From the IMG/VR virus record IMGVR_UViG_2863389319_000001: 64,000 nt of DNA. The stretch is one strand, 5' to 3'. The notes beneath the pieces are model-generated. The model saw only the letters and a program-made list of their open reading frames with translations. It was not told the origin of the DNA and searched no databases. Position numbers and translations under genes: made by a program. This DNA comes from a virus. Lineage: Duplodnaviria > Caudoviricetes. Of this stretch, positions 18,226-27,570 are shown piece after piece (the stretch's first letter is position 1; every line of letters begins with the position of its first letter).

Positions 18226-18795
18226 ATGACCGGCAACGACTCGATCTACAATGACGCGGCGTTCGATATCACGAGCGTCCCGTCATGGAAGTCCCCGCCA
18301 CTGCACGGCGCCTATGCCCCGAACGCGAAGCTCTCCTCGCGGGCGAAGGCCGGGATCGCCGCAGGCGGGGTCATCCTCGCCGCCACCGGCATGATCGCCT
18401 ACTCGGACTACGCGTCGTCCCAAGCTGACGCCCATGTGAAGGCCGCTCAGATCGCCCTGCAGCAGTCCCAGCTGGACCTGCAGCGCCAGCAGCAGGAGGC
18501 CGCGCAGGCCGCTACCGCCGGCCAGGAGACCCAGGCCGAGCAGGCCCGGCGTCAGGCCGTCCAGGACTGCGTTGCGAAGGCCTCCGGGGACAGCATGAAC
18601 GCGGTCTCCCAGTGCTCCGCCGCCTTCCCGGCGATCACCTCGCCCGGCATGTCGACGGCCTCCGACACGGTCGCCAGCAGTAAGTCCTCGGCGGCCGGAT
18701 CCGACGTCGGGCTCGTCGTTCTCGGCTCCGTCGGGGCGGTCATGGCGGTGGGCTGGGCGAAGAAGCGGTTCGGCCACCGGGCTCCTTCTCTGTAA
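18226..18795 (+). CDS. membrane protein with coiled coil (Spd-like)
   Basis: N- and C-terminal TM segments around a Gln-rich coil. Confidence 0.7.
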   Translation: MTGNDSIYNDAAFDITSVPSWKSPPLHGAYAPNAKLSSRAKAGIAAGGVILAATGMIAYSDYASSQADAHVKAAQIALQQSQLDLQRQQQEAAQAATAGQETQAEQARRQAVQDCVAKASGDSMNAVSQCSAAFPAITSPGMSTASDTVASSKSSAAGSDVGLVVLGSVGAVMAVGWAKKRFGHRAPSL

Positions 18796-18936
18796 CACGA
18801 TGTGACCTCCCCCCACCCGCCTCCCGCTCGCAAATGAGCCCCCAATGCCACCCCTTGGCTGTTCAAATGCCGTCTCGGGGGATTCTCCGGCCGGGTGGGG
18901 GGTGGGTGGGTGACTACCAGCAGTGAGGTATTCGAG

Positions 18937-21000
18937 ATGACTACGACCATCGAACCACCCCCGCAAACCGACTCCGGAGGCGACCGCAGGCCCGCCGAGC
19001 CGAGCAGCCCGGAGGCCCGAACGGGCACCCTCGCGGGCATTCTCACCCCCGTCCAGCCGGCGCGACCGACCGCCCACCTGGGCACCACCGCCGCCCTCGC
19101 GCAGGACTTACCTGCCGCCGAAGCGGCGACCCCGGGCGGGGTCGCCGGCCGCGGGAAGACCGGCTCGGGCGATCGGCGGGACGGCCCGATCGGCGCCCTC
19201 GTACGGGCCTTGGCCGGCCGCCTGGGCCGCACCGGCACCGCCACCTCGGTCAAGCAGAGTCACGACATCAAAGAGACTCGGCTCTCCGGGAACTCGACCT
19301 CCGCCACCCACGCGAACAAGTCCGACCGCACCGCCAAGCATGAGAGTGGCTCGCAGCACCGGTCCAACCGTGACGCCAAGATCGCCGACCTCAACAACAA
19401 GGTCCACCAGCACCACAACAGGAACCAGCAGGACCACAAGCGGGCCAGCACATCTGACGCCAAGACCTCCCATGCGAGGCAGGCCAAGGACGACAACTCG
19501 TCCAGGCACAACCGGGACAGCAAGGACAACCGGGACGCCAAAGCGTCCGACGCGAAGAGCTCCAAGAACGACAACGCGTCGAAATCCGCGCAGGACGACA
19601 AGAACCACCGCGACGCCCGCACCGACGGGAAGACAGCAAAGACCAACAGCACCGACACCAAGTCCTCGGACACGAAGACCACGAGCGCGAAGAAAGACGA
19701 CGCGGCAAGGAACGACAACTCCCAGCGCAGCAACCAGGACGACCGGAAGACCGGCAGCACGGACACGAAGAACACCCGAACCGACGTACCGGCGTACAGC
19801 GCCCGGGACGCCGGCCCGTTCGACTCCGCCCCCACCAAGCGACCCAAGGGCGGCGGACCGGACGAACGCGGCTCAGCCAAAAATCCAGCCCGCAAGATCG
19901 ACCTGGGCAAGACCAGTGACGCCCCGTCCGACCCAGCGAAGGAAGCCGGTCCGGACCGACCGGCGAAGAAGGACACCGAACCGGCCGACCGCGACAAGCA
20001 GGACCAGGCGTCACAGGGCCCGCGCCCCCGCACCCAAACCTCCCGAGAGGTCGGCTACCGCGACGGAACACGGGCCGCCGCAGCCGTCGGGCACGTCCGG
20101 GCGTGGCGGGACGGCACCCGCGACGGCTGGGACGACCGCACCACCGCCGATCTGGCCGAGAGGAAGAAGATGGACGCCACCAAGACCCGCAACGAGGACC
20201 GCCGCCTGCTGAAGCCCGACAAGGCCCCCATCGCGCCGAAGACGGCCCCAGCCGCCGGATCAACCGCCGACATGACGAAGACGACCGAGCCCCCGAAGCA
20301 GCCCACGCTCACCATCCCACCGAAGCCGACGACCCCGCCCAGGCCAACGGTCCCGCCGAAGCCAACCGTCCCGCCCACCATTCCGGCCGGGACAGGCGCA
20401 CAGAAGAAGACCGCCCCGGCACCCGGGGCAGTAACGACGAAGACCACAGCAGCAACACCCCATTCAGGACAGACCACCGGGCCGACGCCGCCCGGCCCCA
20501 AGTCGCCCACAGCACCCGAGCCGACAGCAGTGACAGCAGTGAAAGTCGGCCCCGATGCCGTGGAGTTCACCGCACCGGACCGGCACGGCGTCGCGGCGCA
20601 GCACACCCTCAGCCGTGGCGAGGTCCGCAGCCTCAGGCAATTCGAACAACGCCTGGAACAGAAGGGGCAGACGCTGGCGAAAATCGGCGAGGACAACAAA
20701 ACCGCCCAGCAGCACGCGCTCGCCCACGCGATGCGCGCCCAGCAACTGGCCGAAGCAGCCAAGGAGATGCAGGGCGGGATGGCGCTGGTCGGCGTGCTAC
20801 TCCGGCTGGCCGAGTGGGCCACCGCGCTGCGCTATAAGACCGATGAGGTCGCCAAGCGCACCACGCGCAGCGCCGAGGCCGTACGCGTGGTTGCCGCCAA
20901 CGCCCAGACCCGACACGGGGTCATCTACAAGGCCGTCGCCGACTCCCCACTCACCACCCCAGCCGAGCGGGCCTTCTACCAGGACAAGCAGGGCAGCTGA
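18937..21000 (+). CDS. large low-complexity transfer-associated protein with helical C-terminal domain
   Basis: D/K/S/T/N-rich and Pro-rich tracts; C-terminus resembles the next ORF. Confidence 0.75.
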   Translation: MTTTIEPPPQTDSGGDRRPAEPSSPEARTGTLAGILTPVQPARPTAHLGTTAALAQDLPAAEAATPGGVAGRGKTGSGDRRDGPIGALVRALAGRLGRTGTATSVKQSHDIKETRLSGNSTSATHANKSDRTAKHESGSQHRSNRDAKIADLNNKVHQHHNRNQQDHKRASTSDAKTSHARQAKDDNSSRHNRDSKDNRDAKASDAKSSKNDNASKSAQDDKNHRDARTDGKTAKTNSTDTKSSDTKTTSAKKDDAARNDNSQRSNQDDRKTGSTDTKNTRTDVPAYSARDAGPFDSAPTKRPKGGGPDERGSAKNPARKIDLGKTSDAPSDPAKEAGPDRPAKKDTEPADRDKQDQASQGPRPRTQTSREVGYRDGTRAAAAVGHVRAWRDGTRDGWDDRTTADLAERKKMDATKTRNEDRRLLKPDKAPIAPKTAPAAGSTADMTKTTEPPKQPTLTIPPKPTTPPRPTVPPKPTVPPTIPAGTGAQKKTAPAPGAVTTKTTAATPHSGQTTGPTPPGPKSPTAPEPTAVTAVKVGPDAVEFTAPDRHGVAAQHTLSRGEVRSLRQFEQRLEQKGQTLAKIGEDNKTAQQHALAHAMRAQQLAEAAKEMQGGMALVGVLLRLAEWATALRYKTDEVAKRTTRSAEAVRVVAANAQTRHGVIYKAVADSPLTTPAERAFYQDKQGS

Positions 21001-21001
21001 C

Positions 21002-21376
21002 ATGGCAAATGGACTGACATACCGCGACCTGGTGCGCCAGGTGAAGCAGCTGTCGAAGGAGATCGCCCGGGACACCTCCGCACACCGGGCACTGGCCGAA
21101 CTGCTCAAACAGGAGGCTCAGGACACCCTGCGGGTCGCCGAACAGATCTCCACACTCAAGGTCGACTCCGCGACTGTTGCCGAGACCTCCGAGGTGGCGC
21201 GGCTCATGAACGGCCTCTCAGAGGCGGCCGTCTCCTACGCCACAACGGCCGAGGAAGCTGGCCGACAGGCCCAGGCCGCGGGCGAGCAGGCCCGCACCGA
21301 CCACAACGGCATCCAGGAGGCCAACGACCGCTCCCCGGTCGAAATGGCCGACCGCACTTGGTACACCCAGGAGTAG
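21002..21376 (+). CDS. TraA-like small helical transfer protein
   Basis: 124 aa directly before traB; ends HNGIQEANDRSP...WYTQE. Confidence 0.65.
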   Translation: MANGLTYRDLVRQVKQLSKEIARDTSAHRALAELLKQEAQDTLRVAEQISTLKVDSATVAETSEVARLMNGLSEAAVSYATTAEEAGRQAQAAGEQARTDHNGIQEANDRSPVEMADRTWYTQE

Positions 21377-21380
21377 AACC

Positions 21381-23642
21381 ATGACCACCAACACCACCCC
21401 CACCGCCGAAGCAGTGCGCAGCCCGACCGTCGAGAAGCGACTCGCGATCGCCGAGATCGCCGCCCCACTCCTGTGCGCAGGCATCATGCCCCTTCTCGAC
21501 CCCCAGGCCGCGACCACCATGTCGACGTTCCTCGCCGCGCCAGCCCTCATCGCCAGCGCCAACGCCAGCGGACTGCTGAACGACCGACTACTGGACGACA
21601 TCCCCGGCGGCGACCTCCTGCGCGCCCACCGCCGCCCCATGTTCATCTCCGCCATCGCCACCGCGACCGCCGCCGCCACCGCCACCCTCGACGGCCAGGC
21701 CGGCATCGACCAACTCGTCGCCGGCTGGATGACCATGCCCTCCCTCCCAGGGCTCGTGTCCGTCGCCTGGCTCGGCGCCGTCGGGTTCGTCGGCTTCTCC
21801 CTGCGACGCGTCATCGCCGGCCACCGCCGCCCCCATAAGGCCGCCCCCAGCGCGGCCCCTGCTGCCAACCCGGTTGACGCTGCCGTGCGCGACATCCTGC
21901 ACGGCTGGGACGCCCACATCTCCGGGGAGAACGGCGCCCATCCCGGCCAGCACCTGACCCTCACCGCCCACGGACCCGAGATGTGGGAGGGCGTCATCGA
22001 AGCCGCCCCCGGCAGGCCGGTCACCGTCACCGGCGAGACCGTCTCCGGCGTTTACCGGCTCCCCGTCGACTGGATCTCGATCACCGAGGGGCCGCACACC
22101 AGCTCCCGCAACATCCGGGTCCGCACCGTCGCCCCGACCATCGAAGAGGCGCAGTACAGCACCCTGGAAGCGCGCTGGCTGCGTCGCGTCGCCCACAAGG
22201 CCGGCTGCATGCCCGGCACTCACCTCGAAGGCGCCGTCCCCGACCCGGCGACTGGCGGTGTCGCCGCTTGGATCGTCGCTGACGACGACACCGACGCGAT
22301 CACGGTCCCCGACCAGTACCGGCTCGCCGGGGCCCTGCACACCACCACCCTGCTCGTCGCGGTGGAACCCACGAGCAACCCGCGCAAGGCCAAGTTCCGC
22401 CTGATGGAGCGCTCTCCACTGCAGGACGGACGGCCGCTGCCCGGCCCCGGGGCCCTCCTCGCCAACAAGAACGGGTTCATCCAACTCGGTGGCGGCATCT
22501 CCGGGCGCCCCGCCCGCCTGCAGATTTTCGACCCCACCGTCGGTGCCCAGCACATCCTGGTCGCCGGCGTCACCGGCTCCGGCAAGGGCGGCGTCCTCCA
22601 GCTGATCTGCCTGGCCTACCACGTCAACAAGGTCGCGATCCTTTACGCCGACCCCAAGGGCTCTTCCAACCCGGCAGTGGCCCGGATGGCCGCCTACGCC
22701 GGCTGCGGCAAGGACGGAGCGATGGGCACGCTGCGCCTTGCGTACGCGATCCTCCTGCACCGCATCGCCGAGTCCGCCGCCACCGATGCCAAGAACTTCG
22801 TGGCCAGCGCCGAACGACCGTACGTCGCTGTCCCGCTGGATGAGTTCGCGCAGGTCCTCGGCGAGAAGTCCGAGCACATGAAGGAGGCGTCGTTCATCGT
22901 CGCTGCCATCGCCGAGCAGGGCCGGTCGCTGGGCATGGCCATGGTGCTGTGCGGCCAGATCATGAACCTCGACAAGATGGGCTCCGACACCAGTATCCGC
23001 GACAACATCTTCTACGGCGGGGCCCTGGTCCTCCTCCGCTCTGACAGCGCGCAGAAGCAGCGTGTTGACCTGCCCGACGCGTTCGCCGGCATCGACCCGT
23101 CCAAGATCCCCGCCTTCTGGAAGAGCGACGCAGAGGAAAGCCTGATCTACGACCCGACCGTCCCCGAAGACGACCCCAGTCGCACCTTTGGCGTCGGCTA
23201 CACGGTCGGCCCCGATGAGCAGGCCGAGATGATGCGCGTCTGGATCCAGGAGACCGCTGACGGTCTGTTCGACCCGGCCGACATTGTCTACCCCGCCGAC
23301 TTCCCCGATTGGGGCGACCGAGAGGCGATCGCCGCCACCCCCGTCGGCCCGGCGGCTGTCGACTACGACGAGGATGGCGACGACTCAATGTGGGCGCCCA
23401 GCGCCCCTGTTCAGTTCACGAAGGAGCCAACCGCCCAGGAGAAGATCCTCACTGTGCTGGAGGACCGTCGGGACCCGATCGGCGTTGAGATCGGCTATCT
23501 GCACCTCGACCAGATCACCCAGATGACCGGCGTCGCCCGCAAAACCGTCGAGAACACCCTCAGCCGCCTCGCCAAGGACGGCACTGTTGTCCGCAACGCG
23601 GAGGCGGCCGGCGAGTACGGCCTGCCACTCCCTCCTGACTGA
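21381..23642 (+). CDS. traB: TraB-type FtsK/SpoIIIE conjugative DNA translocase
   Basis: N-terminal TM segments, Walker A AGVTGSGKG, YADPKG, Walker B VPLDEF, C-terminal winged helix. Confidence 0.85.
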   Translation: MTTNTTPTAEAVRSPTVEKRLAIAEIAAPLLCAGIMPLLDPQAATTMSTFLAAPALIASANASGLLNDRLLDDIPGGDLLRAHRRPMFISAIATATAAATATLDGQAGIDQLVAGWMTMPSLPGLVSVAWLGAVGFVGFSLRRVIAGHRRPHKAAPSAAPAANPVDAAVRDILHGWDAHISGENGAHPGQHLTLTAHGPEMWEGVIEAAPGRPVTVTGETVSGVYRLPVDWISITEGPHTSSRNIRVRTVAPTIEEAQYSTLEARWLRRVAHKAGCMPGTHLEGAVPDPATGGVAAWIVADDDTDAITVPDQYRLAGALHTTTLLVAVEPTSNPRKAKFRLMERSPLQDGRPLPGPGALLANKNGFIQLGGGISGRPARLQIFDPTVGAQHILVAGVTGSGKGGVLQLICLAYHVNKVAILYADPKGSSNPAVARMAAYAGCGKDGAMGTLRLAYAILLHRIAESAATDAKNFVASAERPYVAVPLDEFAQVLGEKSEHMKEASFIVAAIAEQGRSLGMAMVLCGQIMNLDKMGSDTSIRDNIFYGGALVLLRSDSAQKQRVDLPDAFAGIDPSKIPAFWKSDAEESLIYDPTVPEDDPSRTFGVGYTVGPDEQAEMMRVWIQETADGLFDPADIVYPADFPDWGDREAIAATPVGPAAVDYDEDGDDSMWAPSAPVQFTKEPTAQEKILTVLEDRRDPIGVEIGYLHLDQITQMTGVARKTVENTLSRLAKDGTVVRNAEAAGEYGLPLPPD

Positions 23643-23744
23643 ACTACCGCCAGGCCCCGGCGCGGTGCACCAGAATGGATCCCTGACCCGAGGGGGACCA
23701 TCCGTGACACCGCGCCATCCAGAAAGCCCGCTCCCACCGGAGGC

Positions 23745-24185
23745 ATGATGGATCAGAACCTCGACCAGGCGCTCGCCGATCTGGCGGCGGACATCGCCCG
23801 CACCGACGGCAAATCCTCGCTCTACCTAGCAGTCGACGGCGTCACCGTTGCCGGTCTCGCGGCGCTCGCCTCCGCCAACGTCCCCGTCGCAGGCCTGGTG
23901 CTCGCCGGCACATCCGGCGCCGCCACCGTCGCCGCAGCCACACTCGGGATCCGCGCCGCCCGGCCAAACCTCGGCGGCGACGATGCAGAGGGCTGGCCGC
24001 GCTGGGCGAAGGCCGAGCCCGAGGAGATCCTGGCCGACCTTGCCGAGGACCGGCGCCTGGCCAAGATCCGGAAACTGTCCCAGATCTGCAAGCGCAAGAT
24101 GAGGCACCTGCAATGGTGTGCTGACTGCACGCTGGCTGGGCTCATCGCCCTCGCGCTCGCCGCCGTCGTTACCATCGCCAGCTGA
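23745..24185 (+). CDS. Pycsar-effector-like (DUF5706) membrane protein
   Basis: IARTDGKSSL, two TM segments, RPNL, LSQICKRK, final TM. Confidence 0.7.
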   Translation: MMDQNLDQALADLAADIARTDGKSSLYLAVDGVTVAGLAALASANVPVAGLVLAGTSGAATVAAATLGIRAARPNLGGDDAEGWPRWAKAEPEEILADLAEDRRLAKIRKLSQICKRKMRHLQWCADCTLAGLIALALAAVVTIAS

Positions 24186-24197
24186 TGGGAGTGACCC

Positions 24198-24824
24198 GTG
24201 TTACCGCGCCATCCCGCACGACGCCGTACTACCCGCCGGAACCGCCGTCGGCCCGGCCTCACCTCACCGCCCGTCATCCTGACCGCCGGGGTGCTCGTCG
24301 CGATCGGCTCGCCCCTGGTCGGGATCCCCATCCTGCTCCTGGCCGTCGCAGGTTTGTGGCTCATGAGGCCCGGCCGTACCCGGTACAGGATCCGCGCACC
24401 GCGCAGGCCAGCACGCATCTCTCGGCCCCGCACCGCCAGCATCAGCGGCTACCAGGCCATGACCCCCGGCCAGTTCGAACACGCGCTCGCGGATCTCTGC
24501 CGACGCGACGGCTGCACCCAGGTGCGCGTCGTCGGCGGAGCCGGGGACCTGGCCGCAGACGTACTCGCCACCACCCCCGATGGTCGCAAACTCCTCATCC
24601 AGGCCAAGCGATTCGGACCCAACACCACCGTCGGCTCCGGCGATGTCCAAAAGGTCAACGGCACCTACCGCGACATCCACCACGCCCAGCTCGCCGCGAT
24701 CGTCACCACCAACCGATTCACCAAAGACGCCGAAGCCCTCGCCCGCCGCGTCGGGATCCGCGCCTACGACCAGCACAGGCTCGCAAGTTGGGCGAGCCGC
24801 ACCGGGCCCGCGCCCTGGCAGTGA
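24198..24824 (+). CDS. membrane-anchored Mrr-family restriction endonuclease
   Basis: MTPGQFEH, GAGDLAADV, LIQAKRF, VTTNRFT..A. Confidence 0.88.
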   Translation: MLPRHPARRRTTRRNRRRPGLTSPPVILTAGVLVAIGSPLVGIPILLLAVAGLWLMRPGRTRYRIRAPRRPARISRPRTASISGYQAMTPGQFEHALADLCRRDGCTQVRVVGGAGDLAADVLATTPDGRKLLIQAKRFGPNTTVGSGDVQKVNGTYRDIHHAQLAAIVTTNRFTKDAEALARRVGIRAYDQHRLASWASRTGPAPWQ

Positions 24825-24977
24825 CAAGCTGGTCTGCATGAACGACTGCACCGCCACCGGCACCATCCGCCTCGGCGACGGGGACATCGCCGTCATCTGC
24901 AACCTCGCCCCGCATCAAGGCGACCAACGCCACGACCTCGTCCACGGCGACTGGACCAGCACACCCGAGGAGTAGAC

Positions 24978-25421
24978 GTGACCGACGACCTGGTGGCGTT
25001 CCTGCGCGAGCGCCTGGACGAGGCTGAAGCCGTGGCCAAAAAGGACATTTGGGCGGCCGACAACGCAACCACCGGCAACTGGCGCGCCCACTACGGCGAG
25101 AACCTGCCCTACTCGCTGATCAAAGCGGGCGACTCCGTCCTCATGCGCGTCGAGTCCGAGCAACACCAGGCCGACGTGCTGCTCGCCGCCCGCTTCAAGC
25201 CGGACACGGTGCGCGCGCGGGCCTGCCTCGTACTGGCCGAGGTCGAGGCGAAGCGGAGCCTCATCGACCGGTACGAGAACCACCGAGTCGCCCATGACCA
25301 CCACGTCGGCGGCATCCTGACGAAATACCTCGTCGCCGAACTACGCACTGCGCTCCGAGCACTCGCCCTCCCATACCGCGAGCACCCGAACTACCGCAGC
25401 GAATGGGCACCCGACGCCTGA
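24978..25421 (+). CDS. DUF6221-like protein
   Basis: DLVAFLRERLDE...VLAEVEAKR...LALPYREHPNYRSEW. Confidence 0.8.
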   Translation: MTDDLVAFLRERLDEAEAVAKKDIWAADNATTGNWRAHYGENLPYSLIKAGDSVLMRVESEQHQADVLLAARFKPDTVRARACLVLAEVEAKRSLIDRYENHRVAHDHHVGGILTKYLVAELRTALRALALPYREHPNYRSEWAPDA

Positions 25422-25427
25422 CCGGAG

Positions 25428-25456
25428 TTGACAAACGCCCGGTCCGGGCGCAAACT
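25428..25456 (+). promoter_or_regulatory. sigma70/HrdB-type promoter with palindromic spacer, likely late promoter
   Basis: TTGACA-N17-CAAACT; spacer holds CGCCCGG-T-CCGGGCG. Confidence 0.7.
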
Positions 25457-25482
25457 CCGTGATTGTCTGGATCTTCTTGTCG

Positions 25483-25512
25483 AAAGGGTCGCCCAAGCGG
25501 GTGGCCCTTTTT
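25483..25512 (+). terminator. intrinsic terminator immediately downstream of the promoter
   Basis: AAAGGGTCGCCC-AAGC-GGGTGGCCCTTTTT. Confidence 0.75.
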
Positions 25513-25530
25513 GCATGCCCGGAGGTGTCC

Positions 25531-25812
25531 ATGGCCCGGCTCGTCACTGACAAGATCGCATCCCTCTACACCGGCCATCCCGCCTCGAAGATCCGCCAGT
25601 GGGGCCTTGAGGGCCGCATTACCCGGTACGTCGACGAGTCGCAGCGCCGCGGCGGCATCCGCTACGACCTCGACGAACTGCACAGCGAGCGGCAGGACTA
25701 CGAGGGCGGCCCGATCATTCGCGGCAAGACCCCGGCGATGCCGACGCCTCGCCGCGGCACCGTCGTGACGACCCGCGAGTTGCGACTGCCGTACGGGCGC
25801 CTCGCCGCCTAA
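25531..25812 (+). CDS. MerR-like HTH DNA-binding protein
   Basis: ASLYTGHPASKIRQWGLEGRI...RYDLDEL; GGAGG RBS. Confidence 0.7.
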   Translation: MARLVTDKIASLYTGHPASKIRQWGLEGRITRYVDESQRRGGIRYDLDELHSERQDYEGGPIIRGKTPAMPTPRRGTVVTTRELRLPYGRLAA

Positions 25813-25967
25813 GCTCCCGCCGGCCCGCACCCCCCGCGGGCGTCTGGCGGGACGGCCCGCGCGTCCCGAGGGTGGCGCGCGGAGCCCACGGGCCCCGGTG
25901 GCTGTCCGGCCGGACGAGAGCTGACGCCGGCCGCCGGGGCCCCACAACCCTCAAGGGAGGAGACGCC

Positions 25968-26336
25968 GTGGTCACCTGCCTCTGGTGCGGACGCCGCCTG
26001 CCCGCCGACTGGGACGGCGAGTACTGCTCCACCAGGTGTGCGCTCCTCGACGCACGCGAGGGGGGCCTGATATCGGACGCGATCCTGACCTGCCTGAACT
26101 GCCGAGCCACGAAGCCCGAACCGACCGGCACCCCGACCGACTTCTATCCGTCCGAGCACTGTGGCGAGTGCCCGCCTTGGTGCTGCGAGGACTGCGGGCA
26201 GATGTCATCGGCGGACAAGCTCTGCTCCTGCTGGATCGTGCTCGCTGACCTGCCATTCGCCGACGTGAAGGCCCTGTTCGCAGCCGACGGAACCTTCAAC
26301 ATCGGCGCCCCCGGCACACAAGGGACCGGCGCTTGA
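25968..26336 (+). CDS. Cys-rich hypothetical protein
   Basis: Several CxxC motifs; GGAGG RBS. Confidence 0.6.
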   Translation: MVTCLWCGRRLPADWDGEYCSTRCALLDAREGGLISDAILTCLNCRATKPEPTGTPTDFYPSEHCGECPPWCCEDCGQMSSADKLCSCWIVLADLPFADVKALFAADGTFNIGAPGTQGTGA

Positions 26337-26518
26337 CCTCGCACGATGATCCCGCCCGTGCCCTCGACGCCCCGTTCACGCTGCCCGACGACTGGGACCC
26401 GATCCCCGGCACCTGCTCCCGCTGCGGAACCGACGCCTGGCTGGGCGAGACCCGCTGGTGGCACGACAAGGAGCCCTGCCGATCGCGCGGGCGCACCGCC
26501 GACTTCCTGCCCGACTGA
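26333..26518 (+). CDS. small CxxC protein
   Basis: CSRCG; coupled to the upstream gene. Confidence 0.5.
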   Translation: MTSHDDPARALDAPFTLPDDWDPIPGTCSRCGTDAWLGETRWWHDKEPCRSRGRTADFLPD

Positions 26519-26540
26519 CCCTCATCAGGAGCGCACCCCC

Positions 26541-26720
26541 GTGACTTCCTTCACCGCCGCCTGGCCCCGCTCGCAACGCCGCGCCGCATCCCGCAAGCTC
26601 TCCCGCCAGTACGCGTTCTACAACGGCCCCGCGCCCCGCCACGAACCCGCCCGCGACCAGTCCTGCCACGTGCACCACCGGCAGGCACCATGCAAGCGCT
26701 GCGCCGAGGCCAAGTCGTGA
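26541..26720 (+). CDS. small basic hypothetical protein
   Basis: GTG after AGGAG. Confidence 0.5.
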   Translation: MTSFTAAWPRSQRRAASRKLSRQYAFYNGPAPRHEPARDQSCHVHHRQAPCKRCAEAKS

Positions 26721-27055
26721 TCACCCTGGACTTCTGCCCAGCCACCCCATGCCCAGGCCACGACTGCCCCGACTATCAGGCTCAGAGGCGCCGCGAACGC
26801 ACCCTCGGACTGGCCTTGCACGTTGACTCCGGCCTCACCGCAGAAGAGGCGCAGGTCGAGAGGCTCCTGCGCCGGGCCCTGCAGTCATCGCATCCGACCA
26901 CGTCAACGGGCGTGGCCCACCACATGCCGGACGCGCCCTTCCAGGTACATACCGTCGCTGCCGGGGACGGGTCCACGATCTACGCGGCCGTGTACTGCGG
27001 CGATCAGCCGGTCGATGAGCTCCTGGCCAAGTCGCCGGTCTATGTTGCGCCATAA
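26717..27055 (+). CDS. hypothetical protein
   Basis: GTG start VITLDFC overlapping the previous stop. Confidence 0.55.
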   Translation: MITLDFCPATPCPGHDCPDYQAQRRRERTLGLALHVDSGLTAEEAQVERLLRRALQSSHPTTSTGVAHHMPDAPFQVHTVAAGDGSTIYAAVYCGDQPVDELLAKSPVYVAP

Positions 27056-27257
27056 GGCCGCCCGCTCTTCTGATCCGCTACGTCGCCGACGTCCACGACA
27101 ACACTGGCTGCCGCCGGACCCTCCTCGTCACGGGAAGCATCCTCGTCGCGGCCATGGCCCCAGCGGCGTCGCCATGTCGGTCGACCGAGCCGCTGGCCGC
27201 GCCTACCGAAGGCGCCACCTCAAGCGCTAACCAACCCTCACCCTCAAGGAGTTCGCC

Positions 27258-27539
27258 ATGTCCCTCGCAGACGATTACAAGGCGTTCGTCGCCAAGCTGA
27301 AGGCCGCTGAGAGCCACCTGGCCGAGGAGGCCGAGAGCTTCTGGCAGCGCCTCTTCGGCGACGGCAAGCAACTCGCCGGCGAAGCCAAGCAGGACGAGAT
27401 GCAGGTCGCGCAGGCTGCCGAGCCGGTCGTCGCCGAGGCGAAGACCGACGCTGAGAAGCTCGCCACCGAGGCTGTCACGGACGCCAAGGACGCGACCGCC
27501 CCGGCCGCACCCGAGCCGCCAGCCACCCCTGCAGCGTGA
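27258..27539 (+). CDS. Ala/Glu-rich hypothetical protein
   Basis: AAGGAG RBS. Confidence 0.7.
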   Translation: MSLADDYKAFVAKLKAAESHLAEEAESFWQRLFGDGKQLAGEAKQDEMQVAQAAEPVVAEAKTDAEKLATEAVTDAKDATAPAAPEPPATPAA

Positions 27540-27570
27540 CCCGATCCGTCCCGGCCCGGGGAGGTAGCCC

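Noticed and set aside
23745-24185. Complete Pycsar/CBASS defence system
   Set aside because: No cyclase or nucleotidyltransferase partner adjacent
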